DNA of 64,000 nt from a virus (Duplodnaviria; Caudoviricetes): IMG/VR virus record IMGVR_UViG_3300042397_003635, one strand, 5' to 3'. Both the position numbers and the translations under genes were made by a program. Of the stretch, positions 19,436-28,403 are shown in pieces. The notes below the pieces were generated by a model. It made no database searches, was not told the DNA's origin, and saw only the letters and a program-made list of their open reading frames with translations. The stretch's first letter is position 1; every line of letters begins with the position of its first letter.

Positions 19436-20404
19436 TTAACTTCCATGGCCTAACGCCTTGGCTAGTGCTGCTTTATTGGCTGCACTGACGCCGACCGCAC
19501 CCTTCGGTAACATCCGTACTGGCTGTTTTACTGCAGTTGCATCTTGAGCCGATCGACTAAAGTCTGTGTTATGAATTGGCATTTTTAAATATGAACCAAA
19601 GTTAGAACCAGTATTAGATGAATAAAAAGAATTAAAGGTTGCAGCTGTTTGTTTGACCGTATTGTGTATAACCTGTGCTGATTGATTTACGGCAGCATCT
19701 GTTGCAAAAACAGTTACTAGGCCTTTACCGCCTGCCTTTGTAATAAGCTCAGCAAGCTCTCCACTCAGTGGCTGTGACCCTGCTCCAGATGGATTTAATC
19801 TAGCTAATAGTTCTAAAAAGGTTTTAATATAACCGGGTAGAGTTTGAGTTATAAATCTCCTAAGCCAACCAAGGACATCAGTTATTCCAAGTCTTCCACT
19901 TAACCATGAAATAACTTGACCAAATCTTGATTGAGATAGAGTTGTTATAACATTTCCGATAACCCTAAGCGCACTGTTTTTGAGTGCAATAATACCATCA
20001 CCCACACTACGAGCAGCCAAGCGAGCCGCGGCAATTGTAGTTGGTGAGGCTCCACCCCTAAGAGCAGTAAAAATTTGATTGAGTCCAGTCTTAAGCGTGG
20101 TTACTATATTAAGCGGATCAAATATTGCAACAAATTGAATAAGTCCACTGAGCGAAAGTTTAATAATATCATTGAGTTGAGTCTTTGCATTTTTAAAACT
20201 AGCCTCAACAAAATAGGAAAGCATGTTAATAACATCAATTACCATACCCGAACCTGGAACAACCACATCGGCAACTGCTGCTGAAATATCACCAATTGCA
20301 TGTAGAACCGTTGAAAGATCAAGATCAAATTCAAAGATTGGCACGGCTCCCGGACTAAGTTGACCGGTTGCACACCACTCTTCATATAGCATAAGGTGTT
20401 TCAT
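19436..20404 (-). CDS. Putative internal head protein with pre-toxin TG-like hydrophobic hairpin
   Basis: Starts MKHLMLYEEW; GDISAAVADVVVPGSGMVIDVINMLSYFVE; Ala/Leu-rich helices. Confidence 0.45.
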   Translation of the reverse strand: MKHLMLYEEWCATGQLSPGAVPIFEFDLDLSTVLHAIGDISAAVADVVVPGSGMVIDVINMLSYFVEASFKNAKTQLNDIIKLSLSGLIQFVAIFDPLNIVTTLKTGLNQIFTALRGGASPTTIAAARLAARSVGDGIIALKNSALRVIGNVITTLSQSRFGQVISWLSGRLGITDVLGWLRRFITQTLPGYIKTFLELLARLNPSGAGSQPLSGELAELITKAGGKGLVTVFATDAAVNQSAQVIHNTVKQTAATFNSFYSSNTGSNFGSYLKMPIHNTDFSRSAQDATAVKQPVRMLPKGAVGVSAANKAALAKALGHGS

Positions 20405-20739
20405 CGGGTTAATTCGCTAATTGATTTAAGAATATCATTAATTGTTTGGATTTTACCGCTCTTTACTCTTGCCTTAAGTTCCTTTTCTAATTGAGCAAAT
20501 GAGGCTCCACTCTTATCGGCTTTGCGAATTGCATCAATGCCTTCATCAACAAGATTAAGAAGGTCCGCTTCTTCAAGTTTTTGTTTGCCACCAACCCGCT
20601 TTGCGATATTTAAGAAAATTTGACGTAGACCAGCAAAACCAATTATAGCAAGTGCAATTGCTGCTTGAAGAGTTATTTCATAACCTTCATTAATTTGGCT
20701 AGTCTCCCTCCAGCTATTAAAGTTATTTACGTGTTTCAT
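20401..20739 (-). CDS. Putative internal head protein with one TM segment
   Basis: MKHVNNFNSWRETSQINEG; late promoter at 20746-20753. Confidence 0.55.
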   Translation of the reverse strand: MKHVNNFNSWRETSQINEGYEITLQAAIALAIIGFAGLRQIFLNIAKRVGGKQKLEEADLLNLVDEGIDAIRKADKSGASFAQLEKELKARVKSGKIQTINDILKSISELTR

Positions 20740-20755
20740 ATACTTTATTTATTTC

Positions 20756-21628
20756 CTAGAAGCCGGTGCCGATTGAAAAAAGAATAGGGTTACTCTTTTT
20801 AAAACCTTGACTGTTTTTTTCAATTGTACTATTAAATCTTAAACCGCTATTTAAGATAAAGTTTTTTCCTATTTTCCAATCTGCCTGTATACCATAATAG
20901 GCATCCAAATTAAAATCTGCTAGGTAACTAATATTAAGAGTACCATCACTAAATGACCTGTGAATATCACTAACTAAAATAATTTGTGGTGAAAGGGTCA
21001 CCCGTTTCTTTTTAATTGGATAAGAATAGACAATCATGGCACGGGTTGTCAGCTGTCTAGATGGTGGCATTATCGGATAGATGTTAGCGACCCAATTACC
21101 CAGCGAATCAACTGTGTATTCGCCTTGCCATGGGCCTTCCCACTCGCCCCAAAATGTTTGGCTTGCAGTTAAGTTATAGCCAATTGTGCCAAATCTATGG
21201 GTCTTAATCATATCAATAAATGATACATTAATATTTTTCTGAAAATCAAAATCAAACGAACCAACTACCTGTAGAGTTGTGCTACGCCAATCGCTCTTTC
21301 GGGTAAGGCCATAACCTATGCCATAATATTTCCAGCCTGGATTAATTGATAGGATTCCAGCATGATTCCACTCCCCACTAGTCGAAGCCCTGTTAAGGGT
21401 TAAGTTAAGTGTAGTTGATACCTTACGACCCACAACACCAAGCGAAAGATCTGAAGTATTTAGGACGTCCTTTGAAAAATCAATATAGGCTTGAGTTGTT
21501 CCCAATCCCAACCATTGAGAGTTAAATTCAAATAGTTCTTGTGGTGTCAGCTTTAGGGTATCGGCTGGGGTTTGTGCGGTTGCGGCTAGGCCAGTCACCA
21601 ATAGTAGTATGGTTAATAAAGTTTTCAT
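20756..21628 (-). CDS. Putative outer-membrane beta-barrel protein
   Basis: Signal peptide; alternating amphipathic strands; C-terminal ILFSIGTGF (terminal Phe, BAM-type signal). Confidence 0.55.
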   Translation of the reverse strand: MKTLLTILLLVTGLAATAQTPADTLKLTPQELFEFNSQWLGLGTTQAYIDFSKDVLNTSDLSLGVVGRKVSTTLNLTLNRASTSGEWNHAGILSINPGWKYYGIGYGLTRKSDWRSTTLQVVGSFDFDFQKNINVSFIDMIKTHRFGTIGYNLTASQTFWGEWEGPWQGEYTVDSLGNWVANIYPIMPPSRQLTTRAMIVYSYPIKKKRVTLSPQIILVSDIHRSFSDGTLNISYLADFNLDAYYGIQADWKIGKNFILNSGLRFNSTIEKNSQGFKKSNPILFSIGTGF

Positions 21629-21634
21629 AATAGT

Positions 21635-22072
21635 TTATAATCTTGAACCTAATTCATTAAATGCGCCAGTTGCAATAGCTCGGCCATCTGCAACTGCTTG
21701 TGACCAACGATCCTTAACCAAGAATCCATTTGACAAATAGTTGTCTAGATAATTATGGATTGGACAGCCTCGACCAGTTTGTTCCTGCCACCAACTATCT
21801 AATTCGATAAAGGCTTCTTCTGGTCCAGCAATAGCAACTGTTTGTGCAATTGGCTGGGTCCTCGATCTAAATACTTTAACAACAAGTACAACCAATCCAA
21901 GCTCAACCAACTTTTCTTTAAACTCTGCTTCATCGACTAGGCCACTTAGGAGTTTACCATGCAGATCAATGCGTTTAGTTGTAATACCACCTTCACCAAG
22001 ACCTAGATCTTGAAGCCTTTGCCAAGTAGCAAAGGAAAATGATTCGGATATAGTATGGCGATTAATCAACAC
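21635..22072 (-). CDS. Hypothetical protein with RLxDLGL motif
   Basis: MLINRHTISES..QRLQDLGL. Confidence 0.55.
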   Translation of the reverse strand: MLINRHTISESFSFATWQRLQDLGLGEGGITTKRIDLHGKLLSGLVDEAEFKEKLVELGLVVLVVKVFRSRTQPIAQTVAIAGPEEAFIELDSWWQEQTGRGCPIHNYLDNYLSNGFLVKDRWSQAVADGRAIATGAFNELGSRL

Positions 22073-22736
22073 GGCGCTCGCTAAATAATTGGTCTATCTT
22101 TTGTACAACTTTCCAAGGATCGCTTGAGTCAATTGACTCTTCCCTTACTGGATCCTTGCTTGAGTGCCACAAGATTCGTAGAGTACCAGGCTCTGCACCA
22201 TAGTCGCTAACTGTAAAGTTATAGTAGTTAGGATATTTCTTTTGGTGACGAGCTCCCATTCGCGAAAGATAAGTCGACTCTGCTTCCCAACGTACCAATT
22301 CAATATTAAGAGAGCCGTCCGCTGATTTGCTCCACTTCCAGCGTCTGCGTTGAATAAGATCCTCAACCGCATTTAGGGCTGAGTCAGCAAGACCCAAGTC
22401 CTCTAGTCGGCGCTTGTCAATATGTTGCTTTTGAATCTGATCCCACTGTTCGGGGTCAAAGCCCTCATTTTTCTTTAATTGACGTTTAACCTCTTCACGA
22501 ACCTTTTCCATTTTTTTGGCATAGGCTGGATTATCTCCACGATTAAAGACAATTTGCTGGTTTAGGGAACCAGTAATTTTACGCATATCACCCTTACGGC
22601 TAGAGATAAGCCACTTTGCTAGGGCCTTGATTCCAAGATCGCGGAATCGGCCATTGGCATCGGGTGCATCTGAGTCTTTCCACTCTGGGCGCCTTGCCTC
22701 ATTAATCCAAGCTGTGAATGTTTTAATTGAAGACAT
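22062..22736 (-). CDS. Putative internal head protein (two domains, RLxDLGL motif)
   Basis: MSSIKTFTAWINEA; internal RRLEDLGL. Confidence 0.6.
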   Translation of the reverse strand: MSSIKTFTAWINEARRPEWKDSDAPDANGRFRDLGIKALAKWLISSRKGDMRKITGSLNQQIVFNRGDNPAYAKKMEKVREEVKRQLKKNEGFDPEQWDQIQKQHIDKRRLEDLGLADSALNAVEDLIQRRRWKWSKSADGSLNIELVRWEAESTYLSRMGARHQKKYPNYYNFTVSDYGAEPGTLRILWHSSKDPVREESIDSSDPWKVVQKIDQLFSERRVD

Positions 22737-22743
22737 ATTCTAT

Positions 22744-23136
22744 TTAGATTTTTGTAAATTTAACACCAACTCCTAGGGTAGTATGGTCAACTGATTTACC
22801 ATTAGCAAGATCAGGTAAGATTTTGGTTAGATCGTCATACTCTACCGTATATGGATCAACGCCGCCCTGTACAGTACGACCAATTTGCATGCCGCCGTCT
22901 CCTAATTTCTTAAGCCAATTAAAATTAATTGCATATTGGTTATTAAGAGCAACTCCAATTATTTTGTAATTAAATACTTTGCCAGCACCGTTCTTAACTG
23001 CAATTGCATTGCCGCCTTTGTCCGCTGCCTTTGAAATAGTAGCCTTTACTGGATTTGCCCAGCTAATTGACCCTGGTCCAGGTACAGCTACATCAGCATC
23101 TTCCCGTAACCAACCTTCAAACAATTTTACCCACAT
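22744..23136 (-). CDS. Putative internal head protein
   Basis: MWVKLFEGWLRED; late promoter at 23159-23167. Confidence 0.6.
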   Translation of the reverse strand: MWVKLFEGWLREDADVAVPGPGSISWANPVKATISKAADKGGNAIAVKNGAGKVFNYKIIGVALNNQYAINFNWLKKLGDGGMQIGRTVQGGVDPYTVEYDDLTKILPDLANGKSVDHTTLGVGVKFTKI

Positions 23137-23158
23137 AATAGAATTAGTCTATTTCTTA

Positions 23159-23180
23159 TTATTTATCCCCCAAATAAATA
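23159..23180. promoter_or_regulatory. Back-to-back T4-late-like promoters
   Basis: ttatttatc (minus-strand GATAAATAA) and AATAAATA (plus) separated by 5 bp between divergent genes. Confidence 0.65.
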
Positions 23181-23202
23181 GCTATAACAAGACCATTATA
23201 CT

Positions 23203-23832
23203 ATGAATCATAACTATTACTATATCCTCTTAGGAAAAAAGGCAGGTGGACCGGGTACCCAACCCACATCTAACTGTTCGGACTCTCTACAATTTAGATA
23301 CTATTCAATTAATACTCCAGCTGGCCAAAGTGGCGATTGGTATTATGGTATATCGGATCCAGATCCTGCGCTTGCCTGGTCAGGTCTGGTCTTTGGCGGA
23401 ATCGTTGAGGTATGGGCTTCAACTCAAGTCCTAGAGGTCGGTACAAAACTCTATACGGACCAAGCCCAAACCCAAGAAATAAGGGCAGTAGATGACGGTG
23501 CGCAATTCAGGATAGAGGCAAATCTCTTTACCTATAAGGTTGGGCTTGGTATTATGGCGATTACCCAAATGGCTGAACCCCCTGATATTCAAATCAGGAT
23601 GAGCGGACCGGAGCCTGGTTCCTGTGCCCTAAGCGGACCCTATACCCAAACCGTATGGGTTGCCAGGGACCTGTGGCAGCAAGTTGACCGGGTATGGCTA
23701 GACCCTGCCCTAACCCAGCCCTATGTAGGCGGTGATAACTGGTACTATGCTGATGATACTACTATTCCAGCAGCCGGTACAACCTTACAGATTAATAACT
23801 GCGGTTGGGTTATTGGCTTCTATGCTTGCTAG
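23203..23832 (+). CDS. Putative structural/tail-associated protein with internal repeat
   Basis: Two related Trp/Tyr-rich modules (VWASTQVLEVGTKLYTD / VWVARDLWQQVDRVWLD); late promoter upstream. Confidence 0.45.
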   Translation: MNHNYYYILLGKKAGGPGTQPTSNCSDSLQFRYYSINTPAGQSGDWYYGISDPDPALAWSGLVFGGIVEVWASTQVLEVGTKLYTDQAQTQEIRAVDDGAQFRIEANLFTYKVGLGIMAITQMAEPPDIQIRMSGPEPGSCALSGPYTQTVWVARDLWQQVDRVWLDPALTQPYVGGDNWYYADDTTIPAAGTTLQINNCGWVIGFYAC

Positions 23833-23846
23833 TTCTAGGCTTTTTT

Positions 23847-23872
23847 CCGCCTCTAAACTTCGAGGGGCGGCT
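23847..23872. terminator. Hairpin terminator, possibly bidirectional
   Basis: CCGCCTCT-AAACTTCG-AGGGGCGG flanked by T-rich runs. Confidence 0.55.
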
Positions 23873-24008
23873 CTTTACCTATAATATGGGTACTGGTATC
23901 TAGACTACTCTTATTTCTATAGATACTATCTCTACTTATATTAATAATAGAAAGAACAAGCCTAACCCTATACCAGCCAGTCTAGACTCTTCTCTATATT
24001 ATACCTAT

Positions 24009-24196
24009 CTCTATATAGACCAGACCCTACCAGACCGGGACTACGGAGTACTCTATATAGACCAGACCCCAGCCAGCCAGTATACCTATAACCGGGACTA
24101 CGGAGTGCCGCCTGCCAGCCGACCCAAAGGAGTCCACTTGGTCCAGCTTAAGGACTACGGAGTGGTGCGTCTCTTCGTCGGGGCCCGCTACGGAAA
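24009..24196 (+). repeat. Direct-repeat cluster (ACCGGGACTACGGAGT x2, CTCTATATAGACCAGACCC x2, ACTACGGAGT x3)
   Basis: ACTACGGAGT at 24040, 24097, 24154 (57-bp period), variant at 24187. Confidence 0.8.
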
Positions 24197-24293
24197 TCCT
24201 CGGGGTCGGGCGACCGCAGGAGAATCGGACATTAGGTAGAAGCTTGTAGACACCGGGCGCCAGGCTGTCTACTAGTCTGGTATAAATAACCTT

Positions 24294-24929
24294 ATGAAGA
24301 AGCAAGACATACCCCAGCCAGACTCTATACCTACTGGCAGTCTGGTATCGCGAAAGATCGCAGCCCAGAGACTAGGTGTAACCTTAAGAACACTAGACCG
24401 CTATATAGAGCAGGGTAAGCTAAGTCCCTATAAGAACAGGGTTAATGGTAGACTCTATATAGACTCAGACCAGATACTCTATCTACTAGGGAGTAGGGTA
24501 CCCCAAGACCGGTTGGTTATAATATATTGTAGAACGGCCCCCATTCCGGACTCTGGAGCCTCGGGAATCTCCAGCGCGACTCGTCTCAAGGAGCAGGTAG
24601 ACAGGGTACAGGGCTATTGTACGGCTAGGGGAATCCGGGTCGATGAGGTAATCCAAGAGGTACGTCGCGCGAATAGACTAGATGATAATGCACCGGGCTT
24701 GAATAAGATTATGGATTTAGTTGTACGCAAGAAGGTCAGTACCCTGATAATAGAGACCCCAGACAGGCTTGCTCGTTTTCTTGCTTGGGATATACTCGAA
24801 CGTGTCCTTATCTATCATGGTGTAGATGTACATATAATCCAGCCCAAGGTCGGGCGGCAGGAATTCGTCGACGAAATAAAGGAAGAATTAGTAGATATAA
24901 TAGCTAGCGCCAAGGAGCTCGGCATATAA
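24294..24929 (+). CDS. IS607-family TnpA-like serine recombinase, apparently lacking the catalytic Ser
   Basis: MerR-like HTH (AAQRLGVTLRTLDRYIEQGKL); resolvase domain IIYCRTA (canonical YARVS), LKEQ, IIETPDRLARF, EELVDII. Confidence 0.8.
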   Translation: MKKQDIPQPDSIPTGSLVSRKIAAQRLGVTLRTLDRYIEQGKLSPYKNRVNGRLYIDSDQILYLLGSRVPQDRLVIIYCRTAPIPDSGASGISSATRLKEQVDRVQGYCTARGIRVDEVIQEVRRANRLDDNAPGLNKIMDLVVRKKVSTLIIETPDRLARFLAWDILERVLIYHGVDVHIIQPKVGRQEFVDEIKEELVDIIASAKELGI

Positions 24930-25285
24930 TTAAAAACTTTAATATAGAGCAGAGTAGTATAGACCATTAGTCCACCTCCCCTAGAGAGAGGTAGGTCGGA
25001 GTATACTCTCCTGGATCTCTATGCGGGGTCCAGCCCTGGTCGGAGTTCTTGTCCTTATACCTATAGCTAATATACCACTTTTCCATGACACTGGACAATT
25101 TTTTTAAATAAAGTTATTAACAATTTCCCGGGCCTCTATTAGGCGGACATTTCTCCAGGGGCCGGGGATCCCCACGGAGCGGGGTGCGTAAAAATACCTA
25201 TGCCCCGTCGGCATGGCCCAGGGGTTTGGGCCTATTTCTATTATACCTATTTCTAATAAATAATTGCAAATAACCCGGTCTAGAT

Positions 25286-25414
25286 ATGGCAGCAAAGAAA
25301 GGCGCTACCGCTGGAACCCCCTTCCGAGTAAAGGTAAAGAAGGTTGGCAAAGCGAAGAAGAGCTTCGGTCCTAAGGAGCAGAAACCTAAGAAGTACGTAG
25401 GACAAGGTCGATAA
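25286..25414 (+). CDS. Small basic late protein ending YVGQGR (42 aa; not in ORF track)
   Basis: Read manually: MAAKKGATAGTPFRVKVKKVGKAKKSFGPKEQKPKKYVGQGR; AATAAATA at 25255-25262. Confidence 0.7.
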   Translation: MAAKKGATAGTPFRVKVKKVGKAKKSFGPKEQKPKKYVGQGR

Positions 25415-25611
25415 GCCCGGGCCCGGGCTCTAGACAAAAAAGAAAGGGACCGCTTGCGCAGATCCCTTTGGGTTAGCTATCGAAACGGTCTAGATTTAAA
25501 TAGCTGGATAAGAACTCCAAGATCTTATACTGGACTACGGAGTACGGTTTTAACTAAAAAAGAAAAAGGCCCTCTTTCGGAGGGCCAGCTTCTAATCAAT
25601 CAATCATCAAA

Positions 25612-26733
25612 CTATATAGTAGCAAACTGTGCTGCTTCTAAATCATAGTTACTCTTAGCGAAGAGACTTCCACCTGCTGCTTTAAAGCGTGCACGGTTTT
25701 CATACTCTTCTACTGTGTTATGGCTACCTAACCAAGTCAACTCGTTAACAAGATCCCATACACTCATACCTGTCTTGATAAAGCTTTTCTGCTTGTCAGT
25801 CAAGAAATCCGGGTTATGACCTGCATTAAATACTCTGGCCATAGTAGACTTGTACATTGGGAAGTGGTTGTCTACTACGCTTTCCTGTAGACGGCGTCTC
25901 ATTTCAGGATCCTCATGTTTAAGGTTACCTACTACGGAGTCCACCGCTCTTTGTACCTCGCTTAGACTTGCTCGTGTACCAGTTGCGCGTTCCAATCTTT
26001 CAGAGAAGGCACGCGGTACAAAACCATTCTTACCATAAGCTTTAAGGGATTGGAATAACTCGGCAATACCTTGAGCATTTGCCTGTTTTAATTGGAAGGC
26101 CGCTGTCATGTCTTTAGCTACTGCTCCATTAGCACATACTAATCTGTAGAAGAAATCATCTACCTGAGTTTGTGTAGGGTTATTCACCAAAGAGATTCCG
26201 AAACGGAAGACCTCGTCTTTACCGATACGTTCGAAACCTACTTCGCTGGTATGGATAAGGTTAATACGGCTAGTGCCGCCACCATTGTCAATAGACTCGA
26301 TATGCATGTCAGGAACCTCGTTAAGGATCTCCTCTGCAGTTTTAAATAGAGTCTCATTAGAGATACGTGCAAACTTGTCAGCTTTCACGATACCTGTTAC
26401 TTCGCGCTGATCGCGGTTAGCGACCATCATAAGAGGAACATCTCCACCTCTACGCTCTGTATAATGTTTAACTGCACCGATAAGTTTATTACCGATTGCT
26501 GCATCACCGTTCTTCTCAAACTTAGAGTTTAAGGTTTGGTTGATGTTAAGTAGGGAAGCCAGCTGTTTGAAAAACGCGCCGCTAGCTGGGACCCTTGAGT
26601 CATTCAAGTGGATGAAGCCATCCTTCTGTGAATTGTCACTCAATTTGATCTCACTTAGCATTACGGGTTTTGTCAGCGGTTCAGACTTGATTGCGGCTGC
26701 TTTTGCCTCGTTGAATTGTGCTTGTGATAACAT
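25612..26733 (-). CDS. DUF932-like protein
   Basis: FRFGISLVNN..FFYRLVCANGA motif typical of DUF932. Confidence 0.6.
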   Translation of the reverse strand: MLSQAQFNEAKAAAIKSEPLTKPVMLSEIKLSDNSQKDGFIHLNDSRVPASGAFFKQLASLLNINQTLNSKFEKNGDAAIGNKLIGAVKHYTERRGGDVPLMMVANRDQREVTGIVKADKFARISNETLFKTAEEILNEVPDMHIESIDNGGGTSRINLIHTSEVGFERIGKDEVFRFGISLVNNPTQTQVDDFFYRLVCANGAVAKDMTAAFQLKQANAQGIAELFQSLKAYGKNGFVPRAFSERLERATGTRASLSEVQRAVDSVVGNLKHEDPEMRRRLQESVVDNHFPMYKSTMARVFNAGHNPDFLTDKQKSFIKTGMSVWDLVNELTWLGSHNTVEEYENRARFKAAGGSLFAKSNYDLEAAQFATI

Positions 26734-26787
26734 ATATTCTATTTGGTTTTTTTGGTTAATATTATTATACTAAAGAGGAGAGCAGAA

Positions 26788-27906
26788 TTACTGCTCTACC
26801 TCAACTTTATTTTCTTCAGTAAATTCAGTTGGCTCCTCTACTGATGAGGTTTGCAAGGTTGCGCTTAGGAATAGATCATCGAACTCGCTCTCTAATTCTT
26901 CTCGCCTTGCCTCTTCTGTGTGGGCTACCTCTTCAGCTCGGACTAGTTGGTCCCAACTTGCTTGGTCGTAAACTACTTGACCGTCGGCCATTGAGTAGAA
27001 GAGAGGTTTATTTACTAAGCTTCCGCCTCGACGATTCTTTGTAAACTCTAGGTATCTACGATTTCCTGGTCCAAACTTAATCTCCATCATAGAGGTTGTA
27101 GCATGCTTAAGATAAGTAGAACCTACATAGGTACCGCCCTTCGTCATGTGCTGAATACAGAAGATTGATTTACCCATACCATCAGCAGCTTTGATTACAA
27201 GATTAGTTAACCATGCCTCTGCGTAGGTTGACTTCCAGCCTAAGACATCTTTTAGCTTTACAATAATATCTTGGTGCGAGTCAATTAGGATTACATCGTG
27301 TTCTCCAGTCAAGGCCTTTTCAATTGCTTTCACAAAACCCGTTTGAATATAATCCATTAGCAAGAGGGTAGGAACCTCTGCGATAATTGGCATTTTACGG
27401 TAGTAGAAGAAAAGGTCATTACGCGTCATCTCACTAGAAATATACAAGACCTTTGCTTCAGGTTGATTGCGTTTAATCTTCGCCAAGATATCTAGCATCA
27501 CTGTCGACTTACCTACACCTGATTCGCCGATTACAATATTAGCAGTACCGCCATAGATACCTCCACCTTCTTCGTGGTCTGAGAATAGCTTGTCTAGCAA
27601 GGTACCTGTCTTAAAGCATTTAAAATCGGGGAAATCCATGTTTCCAATCTCAACAATCTCCAACTCAACTTCCTTTGCAGCTGCGGATGGGGTTGCAACT
27701 ACTCTGCTTGTTTGTGTTACCTCAGCTACCGTTTGAGGGCCACGCAGTTTTTTAATAACTCCATTAAAAAGGGAGTAAGAGATTCCCTCGCCTAGAGGAT
27801 GGGTTTGAAAGTTTTGGAATAGATCCAATACCTTGCCGGTTGGAACTTCGCCGCTGAATTCCTGTGTAAAATACTTGCGGACTTGGACTTCTTTTTTTCC
27901 GATCAT
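26788..27906 (-). CDS. RadA/Sms-like RecA-fold ATPase (no Zn finger or Lon domain)
   Basis: GESGVGKST (Walker A), VLYISSE, ILIDS (Walker B), HMTKGG, KNRRGG (KNRFG-like). Confidence 0.8.
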   Translation of the reverse strand: MIGKKEVQVRKYFTQEFSGEVPTGKVLDLFQNFQTHPLGEGISYSLFNGVIKKLRGPQTVAEVTQTSRVVATPSAAAKEVELEIVEIGNMDFPDFKCFKTGTLLDKLFSDHEEGGGIYGGTANIVIGESGVGKSTVMLDILAKIKRNQPEAKVLYISSEMTRNDLFFYYRKMPIIAEVPTLLLMDYIQTGFVKAIEKALTGEHDVILIDSHQDIIVKLKDVLGWKSTYAEAWLTNLVIKAADGMGKSIFCIQHMTKGGTYVGSTYLKHATTSMMEIKFGPGNRRYLEFTKNRRGGSLVNKPLFYSMADGQVVYDQASWDQLVRAEEVAHTEEARREELESEFDDLFLSATLQTSSVEEPTEFTEENKVEVEQ

Positions 27907-28087
27907 ATGTTTGATTTTTAATTGATTACTATTATTATACTAATGCAGAGTAGTTATTGGCACTGCTCTTTAGTTTATCTATTTACTACGGAGTCCGGCC
28001 TTGGTCTAAACTGCATAAGCTAATATAATAAAAAAACCCCAAACTAAAAAATCTGGGGTTAATTATTTTTGGAAAAGTTATTAACAA

Positions 28088-28342
28088 TTATTCGATCGTT
28101 TGGACCATGTCCCTAAGTACTGCACACTTCTCGTATTCTTCCCTGTCTTGGAAGTATTGAATCATAGAGTTGAGTGCTTCCTGTTTTTCAAAGGTTGGGG
28201 TCTGGTCGAAGATCGCGCCGCTAAGCTCGTTCTGTAGAGCATCGTATAACAGATTCATGAACGCATCGAAATCTGTATGGCGAAGACTTACCAGCTCGGC
28301 TAGCATTTGGGAAGTCTTAAGGTCTCGTTTTATTTCGTTCAT
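28088..28342 (-). CDS. Small protein with UVR (UvrB/UvrC) motif
   Basis: YFQDREEYEKCAVLRD. Confidence 0.65.
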   Translation of the reverse strand: MNEIKRDLKTSQMLAELVSLRHTDFDAFMNLLYDALQNELSGAIFDQTPTFEKQEALNSMIQYFQDREEYEKCAVLRDMVQTIE

Positions 28343-28403
28343 TGTACAGGTTATTTATCTTGTTATTAATATACCCAATCTACTAGGGAGTAGGCCAGGT
28401 CTA

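Noticed and set aside
24009-24196. 57-bp-period repeats as a mini-CRISPR
   Set aside because: Only three units, the conserved part is 10-16 bp and no cas genes are present; better read as binding sites
24294-24929. Active IS607 mobile element
   Set aside because: No tnpB, catalytic Ser apparently missing and no definable element ends, so it is listed as a CDS
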